64,000 nucleotides of DNA from Candidatus Entotheonellaceae bacterium (lineage in GTDB: Bacteria; Tectomicrobia; Entotheonellia; Entotheonellales; Entotheonellaceae): positions 1,728,001 through 1,792,000 of the forward strand of contig OZ250173.1 in assembly GCA_965238075.1 (NCBI GenBank), in the 5' to 3' direction. Below the pieces are notes generated by a model. That model was not told the origin of the DNA. It saw only the letters and a program-made list of their open reading frames with translations, and searched no databases. Below, in pieces: positions 33,135 through 43,071 of this stretch; position 1 is the stretch's first letter, and every line of letters starts with the position of its first letter. Made by a program: the position numbers and the translations under genes.

Positions 33135-34421
33135 GTGAAGGTCCTTGTGGTAGGCAGCGGCGGCCGCGAGCACGCCCTGACGTGGAAGCTGGCCCAGAGC
33201 CCCCACTTAGACGCCCTCTACTGCGCCCCCGGAAACCCCGGCACCCGCACCCTGGCCCGTAACGTCGCCATCGCGGCCGACGACGTCGCAGCACTGCGGC
33301 GCTTCGCCCGGGAAGAACAGATCGACTTGACCGTCGTCGGCCCGGAAGCCCCGCTGGCCTTGGGGATCACCGACGCTTTCGAGGCCGAGGGTCTGCGGGT
33401 ATCCGGCCCCACGCAAGCCGCCGCCCAGCTCGAATCCAGCAAGATATTCGCCAAGCAGTTCATGCTGGAAGTCGGTGTTCCCACCGCCGATGCGGTCACC
33501 TTTGACAACCTCGCCGCCGCCGAATCCCACATCCGCCACCACGCCGGGCCGCTGGTCGTCAAGGCCGACGGCTTGGCCGCGGGGAAGGGCGTCACCGTCT
33601 GTCAGAACCAGGCCGAGGCGCTCCAGGCCGTACGGCAGACCATGCAGGAACGGATATTCGGCGACGCTGGCCGCCGCGTCGTTTTGGAAGAGTTCCTGGA
33701 TGGCGAGGAGGCTTCGTTTCACGTCCTGGTGGACGGGCAGAACGTCGTGCCGCTGGCCACCTCGCAGGATCACAAACGCGCGTACGACGGCGATCAAGGC
33801 CCCAATACCGGCGGCATGGGCGCTTACGCTCCCGCGCCCGTTATCAGCGAGGCCCTGCAGCAGCGGGTTCTCAGCGACATCGTCATGCCGACGGTCGGCG
33901 GCATGGCGGCGCGCAGCATGCCGTACCGCGGCGTTCTTTACGTCGGCTTAATGATTGTGGAAGACCGCCCTTACGTTATAGAATTCAACGCACGCTTTGG
34001 CGATCCCGAGACACAAGCCCTGCTCATGCTGCTCGACGATGACCTCCTGCCGCTGCTTGACGGTGCGGCACGCGGGCAACTGGGCGACGCGCGGGTGCAA
34101 TCCGTGCCCGCCGCCGCCGTGTGCGTCGTCATGGCAGCGGAGGGCTATCCGGGTGCGTATTCCCGCGGCATGCCGATCACCGGCATCGAAGCCGCCGCGG
34201 ATCAGCCGAATGCGTGGGTCTTTCATGCCGGCACGGACGAGCGGGCCGGGCACCTGGTAACCAACGGTGGCCGCGTGCTCGGCGTCACCGCGCGGGCGGG
34301 CGGCATTGCCGAGGCGATTGCCGAGGCGTACCGGGCGGTCGAATGCATTCAGTGGCCGGGCAGACAGTTCCGGCGTGACATAGGGCGGCGGGCGCTGCAG
34401 CACGTTGCATCCGCCAAGTGA
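33135..34421 (+). CDS. purD: Phosphoribosylamine--glycine ligase
   Basis: GSGGREHAL, KADGLAAGKGV, QDHKR, GPNTGGMG, EFNARFGDPE. Confidence 0.97.
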   Translation: MKVLVVGSGGREHALTWKLAQSPHLDALYCAPGNPGTRTLARNVAIAADDVAALRRFAREEQIDLTVVGPEAPLALGITDAFEAEGLRVSGPTQAAAQLESSKIFAKQFMLEVGVPTADAVTFDNLAAAESHIRHHAGPLVVKADGLAAGKGVTVCQNQAEALQAVRQTMQERIFGDAGRRVVLEEFLDGEEASFHVLVDGQNVVPLATSQDHKRAYDGDQGPNTGGMGAYAPAPVISEALQQRVLSDIVMPTVGGMAARSMPYRGVLYVGLMIVEDRPYVIEFNARFGDPETQALLMLLDDDLLPLLDGAARGQLGDARVQSVPAAAVCVVMAAEGYPGAYSRGMPITGIEAAADQPNAWVFHAGTDERAGHLVTNGGRVLGVTARAGGIAEAIAEAYRAVECIQWPGRQFRRDIGRRALQHVASAK

Positions 34422-34814
<393 letters not shown>

Positions 34815-34882
34815 ATCTTCCAGGGATGAGTCGTTCCGTGTAAGGGCATGCCGTCTGAGCCTCGGGCACCGTTCTGACGTGG

Positions 34883-36025
34883 ATGAGCATGAGAAAATCC
34901 CGATTACGACTCTGCATATTCCTGCTCTTATCCGTGGTTGTCCACGCTCACCTGCCGTTGCTGTGGCGTTTCCTGCCATCGCATAATCCGCCGTCGGCTC
35001 CCGTGGCTGTCCGCTTTGTGGAGATGCCTACGCCTGCCGCTGCGCCCGAGCCTGTCCAAACGCCGCCCGAACAATCGAACCCGCAACCGACCCCGGAAAA
35101 ACGGCCCGAACCCGCTTCCGTACCGCCCCGGCAGGGCGGTCTGGTCGTCGATCTCCCCGAGCCGGTACGCCAGGAGCGGTCCGCTGAAGCGCGGATTGTG
35201 TCGCGCTACGACAGCACGGCGCAGGACGTCGGGCCCGGAGAGGGCGGTACGAAAAGACCCTCGGGACCAAATCCCCCCGACATGCCGCCGGAGCTAAACC
35301 TCCCAGAGCGCTACAGCGTGCAGGGCGCCACCCGGCCCCGTGACCTACCGGCGCCATCACAGCCGCCTGCGCCCCCCACTACCGTTGCACGGTTGGTGCC
35401 GCCGACTTCCCGGCAACCCGTCATGCCCAAGTCCGTGGAAACCCCCAAACCGACTTCCGAGCAGCCGCGTCCTTTGATCGTGAAGCCAATGCTGCAAGAT
35501 CCTCGCTACCAGATGACCCTTCAGGAAGAGCTTGAGATGCTGCGGCGTCAGCAGGAGGCCGCAGGCATGACGGAGCAGGACGTGCAGCGGGCTATCGGCG
35601 AGCACCTGGCACTTCTGGACGAGCACCGCCGTCTGTCCGGTTTCGACGCACCGGGCGTTTACGAGGCGGGCCCGGAGCAACCCGGCGAAGGCGGGGACAC
35701 CCCCGGCGAGGGCGGCAAGTTCCGCTCCATCGCGTCGTTCGGCCTCAAGCATGTGTCGTACCTGCTCGTCATGCAGCGCCAGATCGAGCTGATGTTCAGC
35801 ATCCCGTACCTGGTCCCGGACCGCCCTGTCGGCGTGCCGATCGTCGGCTTCACCGTGCAGCGCAGCGGCGAGTTGAGCGAGAGCATCCTGCTGCGCTCAT
35901 CGGGCTACACGGAGATCGACCAGGCACTGCTCAAAGCGGTGCGGGGTGCGGCGCCCTATCGCCCGTTTCCCGATCACCTGATCGACCCGGCTATCAGCAT
36001 ACGGGTTTTCGCACGCGCGTCTTGA
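34883..36025 (+). CDS. TonB/TolA-like energy-transducer family protein
   Basis: N-terminal TM with SxxxH (SVVVH), long Pro-rich linker, C-terminal LRSSGYTEIDQALLKAVRGAAPY. Confidence 0.75.
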   Translation: MSMRKSRLRLCIFLLLSVVVHAHLPLLWRFLPSHNPPSAPVAVRFVEMPTPAAAPEPVQTPPEQSNPQPTPEKRPEPASVPPRQGGLVVDLPEPVRQERSAEARIVSRYDSTAQDVGPGEGGTKRPSGPNPPDMPPELNLPERYSVQGATRPRDLPAPSQPPAPPTTVARLVPPTSRQPVMPKSVETPKPTSEQPRPLIVKPMLQDPRYQMTLQEELEMLRRQQEAAGMTEQDVQRAIGEHLALLDEHRRLSGFDAPGVYEAGPEQPGEGGDTPGEGGKFRSIASFGLKHVSYLLVMQRQIELMFSIPYLVPDRPVGVPIVGFTVQRSGELSESILLRSSGYTEIDQALLKAVRGAAPYRPFPDHLIDPAISIRVFARAS

Positions 36026-36042
36026 CGGGGGGGACGGAAATT

Positions 36043-37563
36043 ATGACAGAACGATACATTCTGGCCCTCGATCAGGGCACCAGCAGTTCGCGCGCCCTGC
36101 TGTTCGACCGCAGCGGTGGCGTCCTGCATCAGGCGCAACAAGCTCTCGCGTCGCACTTTCCGCAGCCGGGTTGGGTTGAACAGGACCCGACCGCGCTGTG
36201 GCAATCGCAACTTGGCGCGGCGCGGCAGGTGCTGCAAGAGGCCAGCGTGTCCACCGCTCAAATCGCTGCCCTCGGACTCACCAATCAGCGCGAAACCACC
36301 CTCATCTGGGACCGCCGCAGCGGCGAGCCGATAGCCCCCGCCATCGTCTGGCAATGCCGCCGCACCGCGCCGCTCGTCGAGGCGCTGCGTGCACAGGGCT
36401 ACGAGGCGGACATCCGGCAGCGCACCGGCTTGGTGCTGGACGCCTATTTCTCCGCCACCAAGGTTCGTTGGCTGCTCGACCACGCGCCCGGAGCGCGCCG
36501 GCTCGCCAGGCAAGGGCAGTTGGCATTCGGAACCGTCGATGCCTGGCTGCTCTACCAGCTGAGCGGCGGCCGGCTGCACTACACCGACGCTTCCAATGCC
36601 TCCCGAACGATGCTATACAACATCCACACCTGCGAGTGGGACGACGACATTCTGCGCGCCCTGGACATCCCGGCGAGCCTGCTGCCCGAGGTGCGGGATT
36701 CCAGCGGCGATTTCGGCGCTACCACCGCGACCTGTTTCGACGGCGCCGCGGTGCCCATCGGCGGCGTCATCGGCGATCAGCAAGGCGCCCTCTTCGGGCA
36801 GGCGTGCTTCGCTCCCGGCATGGTCAAGAACACCTACGGAACCGGCTCGTTCGTACTGATGCACAACGGCGACCGCCCCGGACCCGTCCATGAGGGCCTG
36901 CTGACGACCATCGCTTGGCGTATCGGCGGGCGCACCAGTTACGCCCTGGAGGGCAGCATCTTCATGACAGGCGCCACGATGCAATGGCTGCGGGACGAGC
37001 TGCAGATCATCGACAGCGCGGCAGAGAGCGAAACCCTGGCCGCCAGCGTGCCGGACACCGGCGGCGTCTATCTCGTGCCGGCCTTCACCGGCCTGGGGGC
37101 GCCGCACTGGGACATGTACGCGCGCGGTCTTCTGGTCGGCCTGACGCGCGGCACGAAGAAAGCGCATGTCGTCCGCGCCGCCCTGGAGGCCATGGCGTAC
37201 CAAACGCGCGACGTCATCGACTGCATGGCGGCTGCCGTGAGCGTGTCTACTTTGCGCGTTGATGGCGGCGCGGCGGTGAACGATCTGGCCATGCAGTTTC
37301 AGAGCGACGTCCTGCAGATTCCCGTGCAGCGCCCGCGAATGGTTGAAACCACCGCCTGGGGCGCCGCCTGCCTGGCTGGTCTGGCCGTCGGGTATTGGCG
37401 GGACCAGGACGAATTGACGGCGTGCTGGCACGCAGAGCGCGAATTCACACCCCGCATGCCTGCGGCCCGCAGCGAAGCGTTGTACGGCGGCTGGCAGGAG
37501 GCCGTGCGTCGCGCCGGTGGTTGGACAACGGCGATCCCCGGCAAAGCGGACCAGGAGGCATGA
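36043..37563 (+). CDS. glpK: Glycerol kinase
   Basis: LDQGTSSSR, TNQRETT, YFSATK, TDASNASRT, GDQQ, KNTYGTG, YALEG. Confidence 0.97.
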   Translation: MTERYILALDQGTSSSRALLFDRSGGVLHQAQQALASHFPQPGWVEQDPTALWQSQLGAARQVLQEASVSTAQIAALGLTNQRETTLIWDRRSGEPIAPAIVWQCRRTAPLVEALRAQGYEADIRQRTGLVLDAYFSATKVRWLLDHAPGARRLARQGQLAFGTVDAWLLYQLSGGRLHYTDASNASRTMLYNIHTCEWDDDILRALDIPASLLPEVRDSSGDFGATTATCFDGAAVPIGGVIGDQQGALFGQACFAPGMVKNTYGTGSFVLMHNGDRPGPVHEGLLTTIAWRIGGRTSYALEGSIFMTGATMQWLRDELQIIDSAAESETLAASVPDTGGVYLVPAFTGLGAPHWDMYARGLLVGLTRGTKKAHVVRAALEAMAYQTRDVIDCMAAAVSVSTLRVDGGAAVNDLAMQFQSDVLQIPVQRPRMVETTAWGAACLAGLAVGYWRDQDELTACWHAEREFTPRMPAARSEALYGGWQEAVRRAGGWTTAIPGKADQEA

Positions 37564-37564
37564 C

Positions 37565-38593
37565 GTGAAACAGCGGGTTAAGCAGAAACGCGTGGCGGTG
37601 ATCGGCGCCGGTTCCTGGGGCACGGCGCTGGCCAATCACCTCGCCGAGCGCAGCCACCCGGTAACGCTGTGGGCACGCGATGAGCAACTGGCCCGCCGTC
37701 TGGAAAGCGAGCGGGAAAACGCCCCGTATCTGCCCGGCGTCGCGCTGCCGCCGCGCGTCACACCGACTAGCAATGTCAAGACAGCCGCCCACGGGGCCGA
37801 TGTTTTCATCTCCGCGCTGCCGTCACACGCGGTGCGTACTGTCTGGCGGCTGATGGCGCCACTATTGCCCGAGGCCACCACGCTGGTAAGCGCCACCAAG
37901 GGCATCGAGGCCGGCTCGCTGCTCACCATGTCGCAGGTCTTGCAGGACACGCTGCCTGCCGACAAGTCCATTGCCGTGGCCGTGTTGTCCGGCCCGTCCT
38001 TCGCTCACGAAGTCAGCAACAAGGCGCCCACCGCCGTGGTGGCCGCCGCCCACGACCGCCGCTTGGCCGAAGCGGTGCAGCGAATGTTCAGCACGTCGGC
38101 GTTTCGGGTCTACGCCAGCACCGACGTGGTTGGCGTCGAGCTCGGCGGCGCCCTGAAGAACGTCATGGCGCTGGCAGCCGGCGTGTGCGACGGACTGAAG
38201 CTCGGCGCCAACACCCGCGCCGCCCTCATCACCCGCAGCCTGGCCGAGATGACGCAACTCGGTGTCGCCATGGGCGCCCGCGCGCAGACCTTTGCCGGTC
38301 TCTCCGGCCTCGGCGATCTGGTCCTGACCTGTACCGGCCGGCGCAGCCGCAACTACAGCGTTGGCGTGCAGCTTGGAGAGGGCAGAAAACTGCCCGCCAT
38401 TCTATCGGACATGCGAATGGTAGCGGAAGGGGTGACCACCGCCGGCTGCGTGGTGGCGCTGGCCGCTCGCCATGGCGTGGAAATGCCGATCGCGGAGAAG
38501 GTCAACGTCCTCCTGCAAGGACACATCTCACCCCACGAGGCGGTGATGGAACTGATGACGCGCACCCTGAAGCACGAGGAACCGATGCCGTGA
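37565..38593 (+). CDS. gpsA: NAD(P)H-dependent glycerol-3-phosphate dehydrogenase
   Basis: GAGSWGTALA, TKGIE, LSGPSFA, GGALKNV, GLGDLVLTC, SRN. Confidence 0.97.
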   Translation: MKQRVKQKRVAVIGAGSWGTALANHLAERSHPVTLWARDEQLARRLESERENAPYLPGVALPPRVTPTSNVKTAAHGADVFISALPSHAVRTVWRLMAPLLPEATTLVSATKGIEAGSLLTMSQVLQDTLPADKSIAVAVLSGPSFAHEVSNKAPTAVVAAAHDRRLAEAVQRMFSTSAFRVYASTDVVGVELGGALKNVMALAAGVCDGLKLGANTRAALITRSLAEMTQLGVAMGARAQTFAGLSGLGDLVLTCTGRRSRNYSVGVQLGEGRKLPAILSDMRMVAEGVTTAGCVVALAARHGVEMPIAEKVNVLLQGHISPHEAVMELMTRTLKHEEPMP

Positions 38594-39363
38594 ACCGCGA
38601 ACAACTGGCCGATCTACTGCACCGCATCGCCGCTGGAAGCACCACGCCCGAAGAGGGGCTTACCCAGCTGCGCTTCCTGCCATACGAGGACTTGGGGTTT
38701 GCGCACGTCGACCACCACCGCAGCCTGCGGCAGGGCATCCCGGAGGTCATCTATGGGGCCGGCAAAACCGTGGACCAGATCACGGCCATCGCCGAGCGCA
38801 TCCTCAATCAGAACAGCGATCTGCTCGCCACCCGAGTGTCCCCGGAGGCCGCCGAAGCCCTCCTCGCTCTGGATTCGCGCGCCGAATATAACACCATCGC
38901 GCGCACCATGGTGGTACGGCACGAACCCGGCAAGGCGACGGAGGGGATGGTTCTGGTCGCCGCCGCCGGCACGTCCGATCTGCCCGTCGCCGAGGAAGCT
39001 GCGGTCACTGCTCGCGCTTTGGGAAGCACCGTGCAGACGGCGTATGACGTGGGCGTGGCGGGACTGCATCGCCTCTTGGCAAAGCGGGATCTGCTGGTGT
39101 CGGCCAGGGTGATCGTGGTTGTCGCGGGCATGGAGGGCGCGTTGCCCAGCGTGGTGGGCGGCCTGGTAGACAAGCCCGTCATCGCCGTGCCTACCAGCGT
39201 CGGGTACGGCGCACATTTTCAGGGGTTGGCGCCGCTGCTGGCCATGCTCAACAGCTGCGCGTCCGGGGTGGCCGTGGTGAACATCGACAACGGCTTTGGG
39301 GCCGGTTACATGGCCCACACGATCAATCTGATCGGGGAAAGGCCGCCGCACGACGCCGCGTGA
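38590..39363 (+). CDS. larB: Nickel-pincer cofactor biosynthesis protein LarB
   Basis: DHHRSLRQGIPEVI, AGTSDLPVAEEA, DVGVAGLHRL, AGMEGALPS, VNIDNGFGA; GTGA overlap with gpsA. Confidence 0.93.
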   Translation: MNREQLADLLHRIAAGSTTPEEGLTQLRFLPYEDLGFAHVDHHRSLRQGIPEVIYGAGKTVDQITAIAERILNQNSDLLATRVSPEAAEALLALDSRAEYNTIARTMVVRHEPGKATEGMVLVAAAGTSDLPVAEEAAVTARALGSTVQTAYDVGVAGLHRLLAKRDLLVSARVIVVVAGMEGALPSVVGGLVDKPVIAVPTSVGYGAHFQGLAPLLAMLNSCASGVAVVNIDNGFGAGYMAHTINLIGERPPHDAA

Positions 39364-39371
39364 GGGCAAGC

Positions 39372-40523
39372 ATGCGTATCGCTCATGTACACGGTCACGA
39401 CGGCGTCAACGCCCCCTTGCTGCTGGGCGCGTGCCTGGACGCCGGTGCCTCACTCGCAGCTATCGAGTCGGGGTGGCAGTCGCTGGGGCTGCCCGTGGCG
39501 CAATTATTTGCGGCGCGGGTGACCTTCCCGCATGGCGCTGCCACTCGGATCGATTTCACGCCCGACCAGACCGCCGATTTCCTTCACCAGCAATCCATGG
39601 CGGCCTTGCTCGCCCGCATCGACGGCAGCGGGCTTGTCGACAAGGCCAAGCAGCGTCTGTCGAATCTGCTGAGCCGATACGCCGCCGCCGTTGACCGCGT
39701 GTACGGGAACGAAGCAACCGTGCGCTCCGAGCACCTGCCTGAAATCGTCTATCTCGGCAGTGGCGTGATCCTGGCGCTGGAAGAACTGGACGTCGATGAA
39801 GTCGTTGCGGCGCCCCTGCCGCTCGGCGGCCAATGGGAGGGGGCGCCCCTGCACCCGCTGACCGCCGAACTCTGCCGGGGCGCATCCGTTCAGGGTCAGC
39901 AACAACCCGGGAAGCCGACAACCGTCGGCGGTGCCGCCATCCTCACCGCCATCAGCAGCCGTTATGGGCCGTTGCCTGCCATGACTCTCGCGGCCACCGG
40001 CTACGGGGCGCAGGACAACGCCTCGGAGGCCCCACAGCTACAAATTATGCTGGGCGACCGGGAAGGACAGGGAGACGCCGAATGGATCGCCATCATTGAG
40101 ACCCATATCGACGACATGAACCCGGAGTTTTATGAGGCCGTCTTCGAGTGCCTCTTTGCCCACGGCGCCCTGGACGTTACGCTGACGCCGCTGTTCATGA
40201 AGAAAAACCGGCCCGCCAACAAGCTGACGGTCTTGTCGCCCCTCCCGCGCGTCAACGACCTCTCGCATCTCATTTTGCAGCACACGTCGAGCTTTGGCGT
40301 ACGGGTGCACGAAGCGTGGCGCCACAAGCTGGAGCGTTTTCACCGTCAGGTCGACACCCGATACGGCCCTATCGCCGTAAAGTGCGGCACCCTGGACGGC
40401 CGTATCGTGCAAGCGGCGCCGGAATACGACGCCTGCAAGCGCGCGGCGCGGGAGTACGGCGTTCCGGTACGCCTGGTGTATGCCGAAGCGGCCCGTTTGG
40501 CGGCGTCCTGGCTGACCCTCTGA
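39372..40523 (+). CDS. larC: LarC-family nickel insertion protein with divergent N-terminal half
   Basis: C-terminal ETHIDDMNPE, GALDV, MKKNRP, PEYDAC; follows larB. Confidence 0.8.
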   Translation: MRIAHVHGHDGVNAPLLLGACLDAGASLAAIESGWQSLGLPVAQLFAARVTFPHGAATRIDFTPDQTADFLHQQSMAALLARIDGSGLVDKAKQRLSNLLSRYAAAVDRVYGNEATVRSEHLPEIVYLGSGVILALEELDVDEVVAAPLPLGGQWEGAPLHPLTAELCRGASVQGQQQPGKPTTVGGAAILTAISSRYGPLPAMTLAATGYGAQDNASEAPQLQIMLGDREGQGDAEWIAIIETHIDDMNPEFYEAVFECLFAHGALDVTLTPLFMKKNRPANKLTVLSPLPRVNDLSHLILQHTSSFGVRVHEAWRHKLERFHRQVDTRYGPIAVKCGTLDGRIVQAAPEYDACKRAAREYGVPVRLVYAEAARLAASWLTL

Positions 40524-40645
40524 AGGACCTCCAGCTTGAGACGGGCGTTAGCCGTCGCGGCGCCGAACGGTTTGCAGCACCGGCCGAAACGCACTATGCT
40601 GACAACATTCCATCCCACAAAATCACGCCACATTGGAGAACACAC

Positions 40646-41353
40646 ATGGAGCGCGATATCGTTGCCGTGTTCGGCGCCCACCCTGATGACCTGGATTGGG
40701 CCGCCGGCGGCACCGCAGCCGTCTGGGCGAAGCAAGGCAAGGAAGTGTATTACGTACTGACCACCAGCGGCGAGAGCGGCGAGGATCACATCGGCAAACG
40801 GAAGTTGCCACGGGCGGAAATGGCCGACATCCGCGAAGCCGAACAGCGCATCGCCGCCGGCGTTCTGGGCATCAAGGAGGTCGTTTTCCTCGGCCGCCGC
40901 GACGGACGGCTGGAGCCCAACCTGCAACTGCGCGACTGCCTCGTCAACGTGCTGCGGCGCCTGAGGCCGGACATCGTCATCAGTCTGGAGCCGACCCAAG
41001 GGGCATTCGACAACTTCTACCTGTACCACCCCGACCACCGCGCCACCGCCATCGCCCTGTACGACGCCATCTACCCCGCCGCCGGTACCGCCACCTACGT
41101 TCCCGAGCCCGATGCCGGACTGCCGCCGCACCGGGTGCGCGAGGTCTATTTCAGCGGCGCCGCCAACCCCGACACATACGTGGACATCACGGACGCCATT
41201 GACCTCAAGGTGCAGGCGCTGACCAGCCACCGCAGCCAGATCACCGACCCCGAGCGGATCGCCGGCTTCGTGCGCGAGTGGGCCGCCAAACACGGCGCCG
41301 AAGCCGGCAGCGCCTACGCCGAGGCGTTTCGCCGCCTCGAGGTGCCGCAGTGA
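40646..41353 (+). CDS. PIG-L/LmbE family deacetylase
   Basis: AHPDD, TSGE, REAEQ, HPDH, HRSQ. Confidence 0.9.
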   Translation: MERDIVAVFGAHPDDLDWAAGGTAAVWAKQGKEVYYVLTTSGESGEDHIGKRKLPRAEMADIREAEQRIAAGVLGIKEVVFLGRRDGRLEPNLQLRDCLVNVLRRLRPDIVISLEPTQGAFDNFYLYHPDHRATAIALYDAIYPAAGTATYVPEPDAGLPPHRVREVYFSGAANPDTYVDITDAIDLKVQALTSHRSQITDPERIAGFVREWAAKHGAEAGSAYAEAFRRLEVPQ

Positions 41354-41389
41354 GGCGCGCGGGCCGTCGTTGGCGGGGTGATCGGGTGC

Positions 41390-41449
41390 GTCAGTTGTCA
41401 GTTTGTTGGTTTTCACTCTTCACTAACCACTAACCACTGGCCACTGACA
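41390..41449. repeat. Inverted heptamer array (family C)
   Basis: GTCAGTT x2 ... CACTAAC CACTAAC CACTGGC CACTGAC, abutting the ATG at 41450. Confidence 0.75.
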
Positions 41450-43060
41450 ATGGACATCCTGCAGTCGCGTATCGACACGGACAGCCACGAGTTCAAGCGC
41501 AACATGGCGCACAATCTGGAGCAGGCCGAGCGTCTGCGGGAGGCGCTTCGCCGGGTGCGTGAAGGCGGTGGGGAGCGGGCAGTCACCCTGCATCGGCAGC
41601 GCGGCAAGTGGCTGGTACGCGAGCGCATTGAGGCCCTGCTCGACCCCGGCGCCCCGTTTCTGGAACTCTCCCCCCTGGCCGCCCACGACGTGTACGACCG
41701 CGCCGCCCCCGGCGCCGGCATTGTCACAGGCCTCGGCACCGTACACGGTGCCGAGGTGATGATCATCGCCAACGACGCCACCGTGAAGGGCGGTACCTAC
41801 TTTCCCCTCACCGTCAAGAAGCACCTGCGGGCGCAAGAGGTGGCGCGCGACAACCGCCTGCCGTGCATCTATCTCGTCGACTCCGGCGGCGCCTTCCTGC
41901 CCCTGCAGGCCGAGGTGTTTCCCGACCGCGAGCACTTCGGGCGCATCTTTTACAACCAAGCCACCATGTCGGCTGCCGGCATCCCGCAGATCGCCGTTGT
42001 CATGGGCTCCTGCACGGCGGGCGGCGCCTACGTGCCCGCCATGTCCGACGAGACGGTCATCGTGCGCAACCAAGGCACGATATTCCTCGCCGGGCCGCCG
42101 CTGGTGAAGGCGTCGACCGGCGAGGACGTCAGCGCCGAGGAACTTGGCGGCGGCCTGATGCACGCCAGCCGCTCCGGGGTCACCGATCACCTGGCCGACG
42201 ACGACGCGCACGCCCTGGAAATCTGCCGCAGCATCGTCGAGAACCTCAACGACACCCGCCGTCCGGTATGCAGCGTCGAACCGCCCGAGGAGCCGCTCTA
42301 CGACCCGCGCGAGTGCTATGGCATCCTGCCGCCGACGCCGCGCCAGCCCTACGACGTGCGAGAAATCATCACCCGCCTAGTAGACGGCTCGCGCTTTCAC
42401 GAGTTCAAGCCGCTGTACGGTACCACCCTGGTGTGCGGCTTTGCCCGCCTGGAGGGCTATCCGGTCGGCATCCTGGCCAACAACGGCGTGCTGTTTTCCG
42501 ACTCGTCCCTCAAGGGTACGCACTTCATCGAGTTGTGCGACCAGCGGGGAATTCCGCTCCTGTTCCTGCAAAACATCGCCGGATTCATGGTGGGGGTGCA
42601 GGCCGAAAGCGCCGGCATCGCCAAGGACGGCGCCAAGATGGTCATGGCCGTGGCCAACACCCAGGTGCCGCGCTTCACCCTGATCATCGGCGGCTCGTTC
42701 GGGGCCGGCAACTATGGCATGTGCGGACGCGCCTACAGCCCGAGGCTGCTGTTCTCGTGGCCGAGCGCGCGTATCTCCGTGATGGGCGGCGAGCAGGCGG
42801 CGGGCGTGCTGCTGACGGTGAAGCAGGAGCAATTGCGCAAGCGCGGCGAACCCGAGCTCGACGCGGCGGCGCAGGCGGCCTTCAAGCAGCCCATCCTCGA
42901 CACCTACGAGCACGAGGGCTCGCCCTACTACGCCACCGCGCGGCTGTGGGACGACGGCATTCTCGACCCGCTGGAAACCCGCCGCGTGCTGGGCCTGTCG
43001 ATCGCCATGGCCATGAAGCAGCCCATCGAGTCCCCGCGCTACGGTATCTTCCGCATGTGA
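41450..43060 (+). CDS. Methylcrotonyl-CoA carboxylase-type carboxyltransferase (beta) subunit
   Basis: [57 protein letters not shown]. Confidence 0.93.
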   Translation: MDILQSRIDTDSHEFKRNMAHNLEQAERLREALRRVREGGGERAVTLHRQRGKWLVRERIEALLDPGAPFLELSPLAAHDVYDRAAPGAGIVTGLGTVHGAEVMIIANDATVKGGTYFPLTVKKHLRAQEVARDNRLPCIYLVDSGGAFLPLQAEVFPDREHFGRIFYNQATMSAAGIPQIAVVMGSCTAGGAYVPAMSDETVIVRNQGTIFLAGPPLVKASTGEDVSAEELGGGLMHASRSGVTDHLADDDAHALEICRSIVENLNDTRRPVCSVEPPEEPLYDPRECYGILPPTPRQPYDVREIITRLVDGSRFHEFKPLYGTTLVCGFARLEGYPVGILANNGVLFSDSSLKGTHFIELCDQRGIPLLFLQNIAGFMVGVQAESAGIAKDGAKMVMAVANTQVPRFTLIIGGSFGAGNYGMCGRAYSPRLLFSWPSARISVMGGEQAAGVLLTVKQEQLRKRGEPELDAAAQAAFKQPILDTYEHEGSPYYATARLWDDGILDPLETRRVLGLSIAMAMKQPIESPRYGIFRM

Positions 43061-43071
43061 GGCAACGGCCT

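Noticed and set aside
41863-43071. Apparent 400-aa N-terminal extension on the biotin carboxylase (908-aa ORF)
   Set aside because: Arg/Pro-rich off-frame reading of the carboxyltransferase gene; the real start is ATG 43072.
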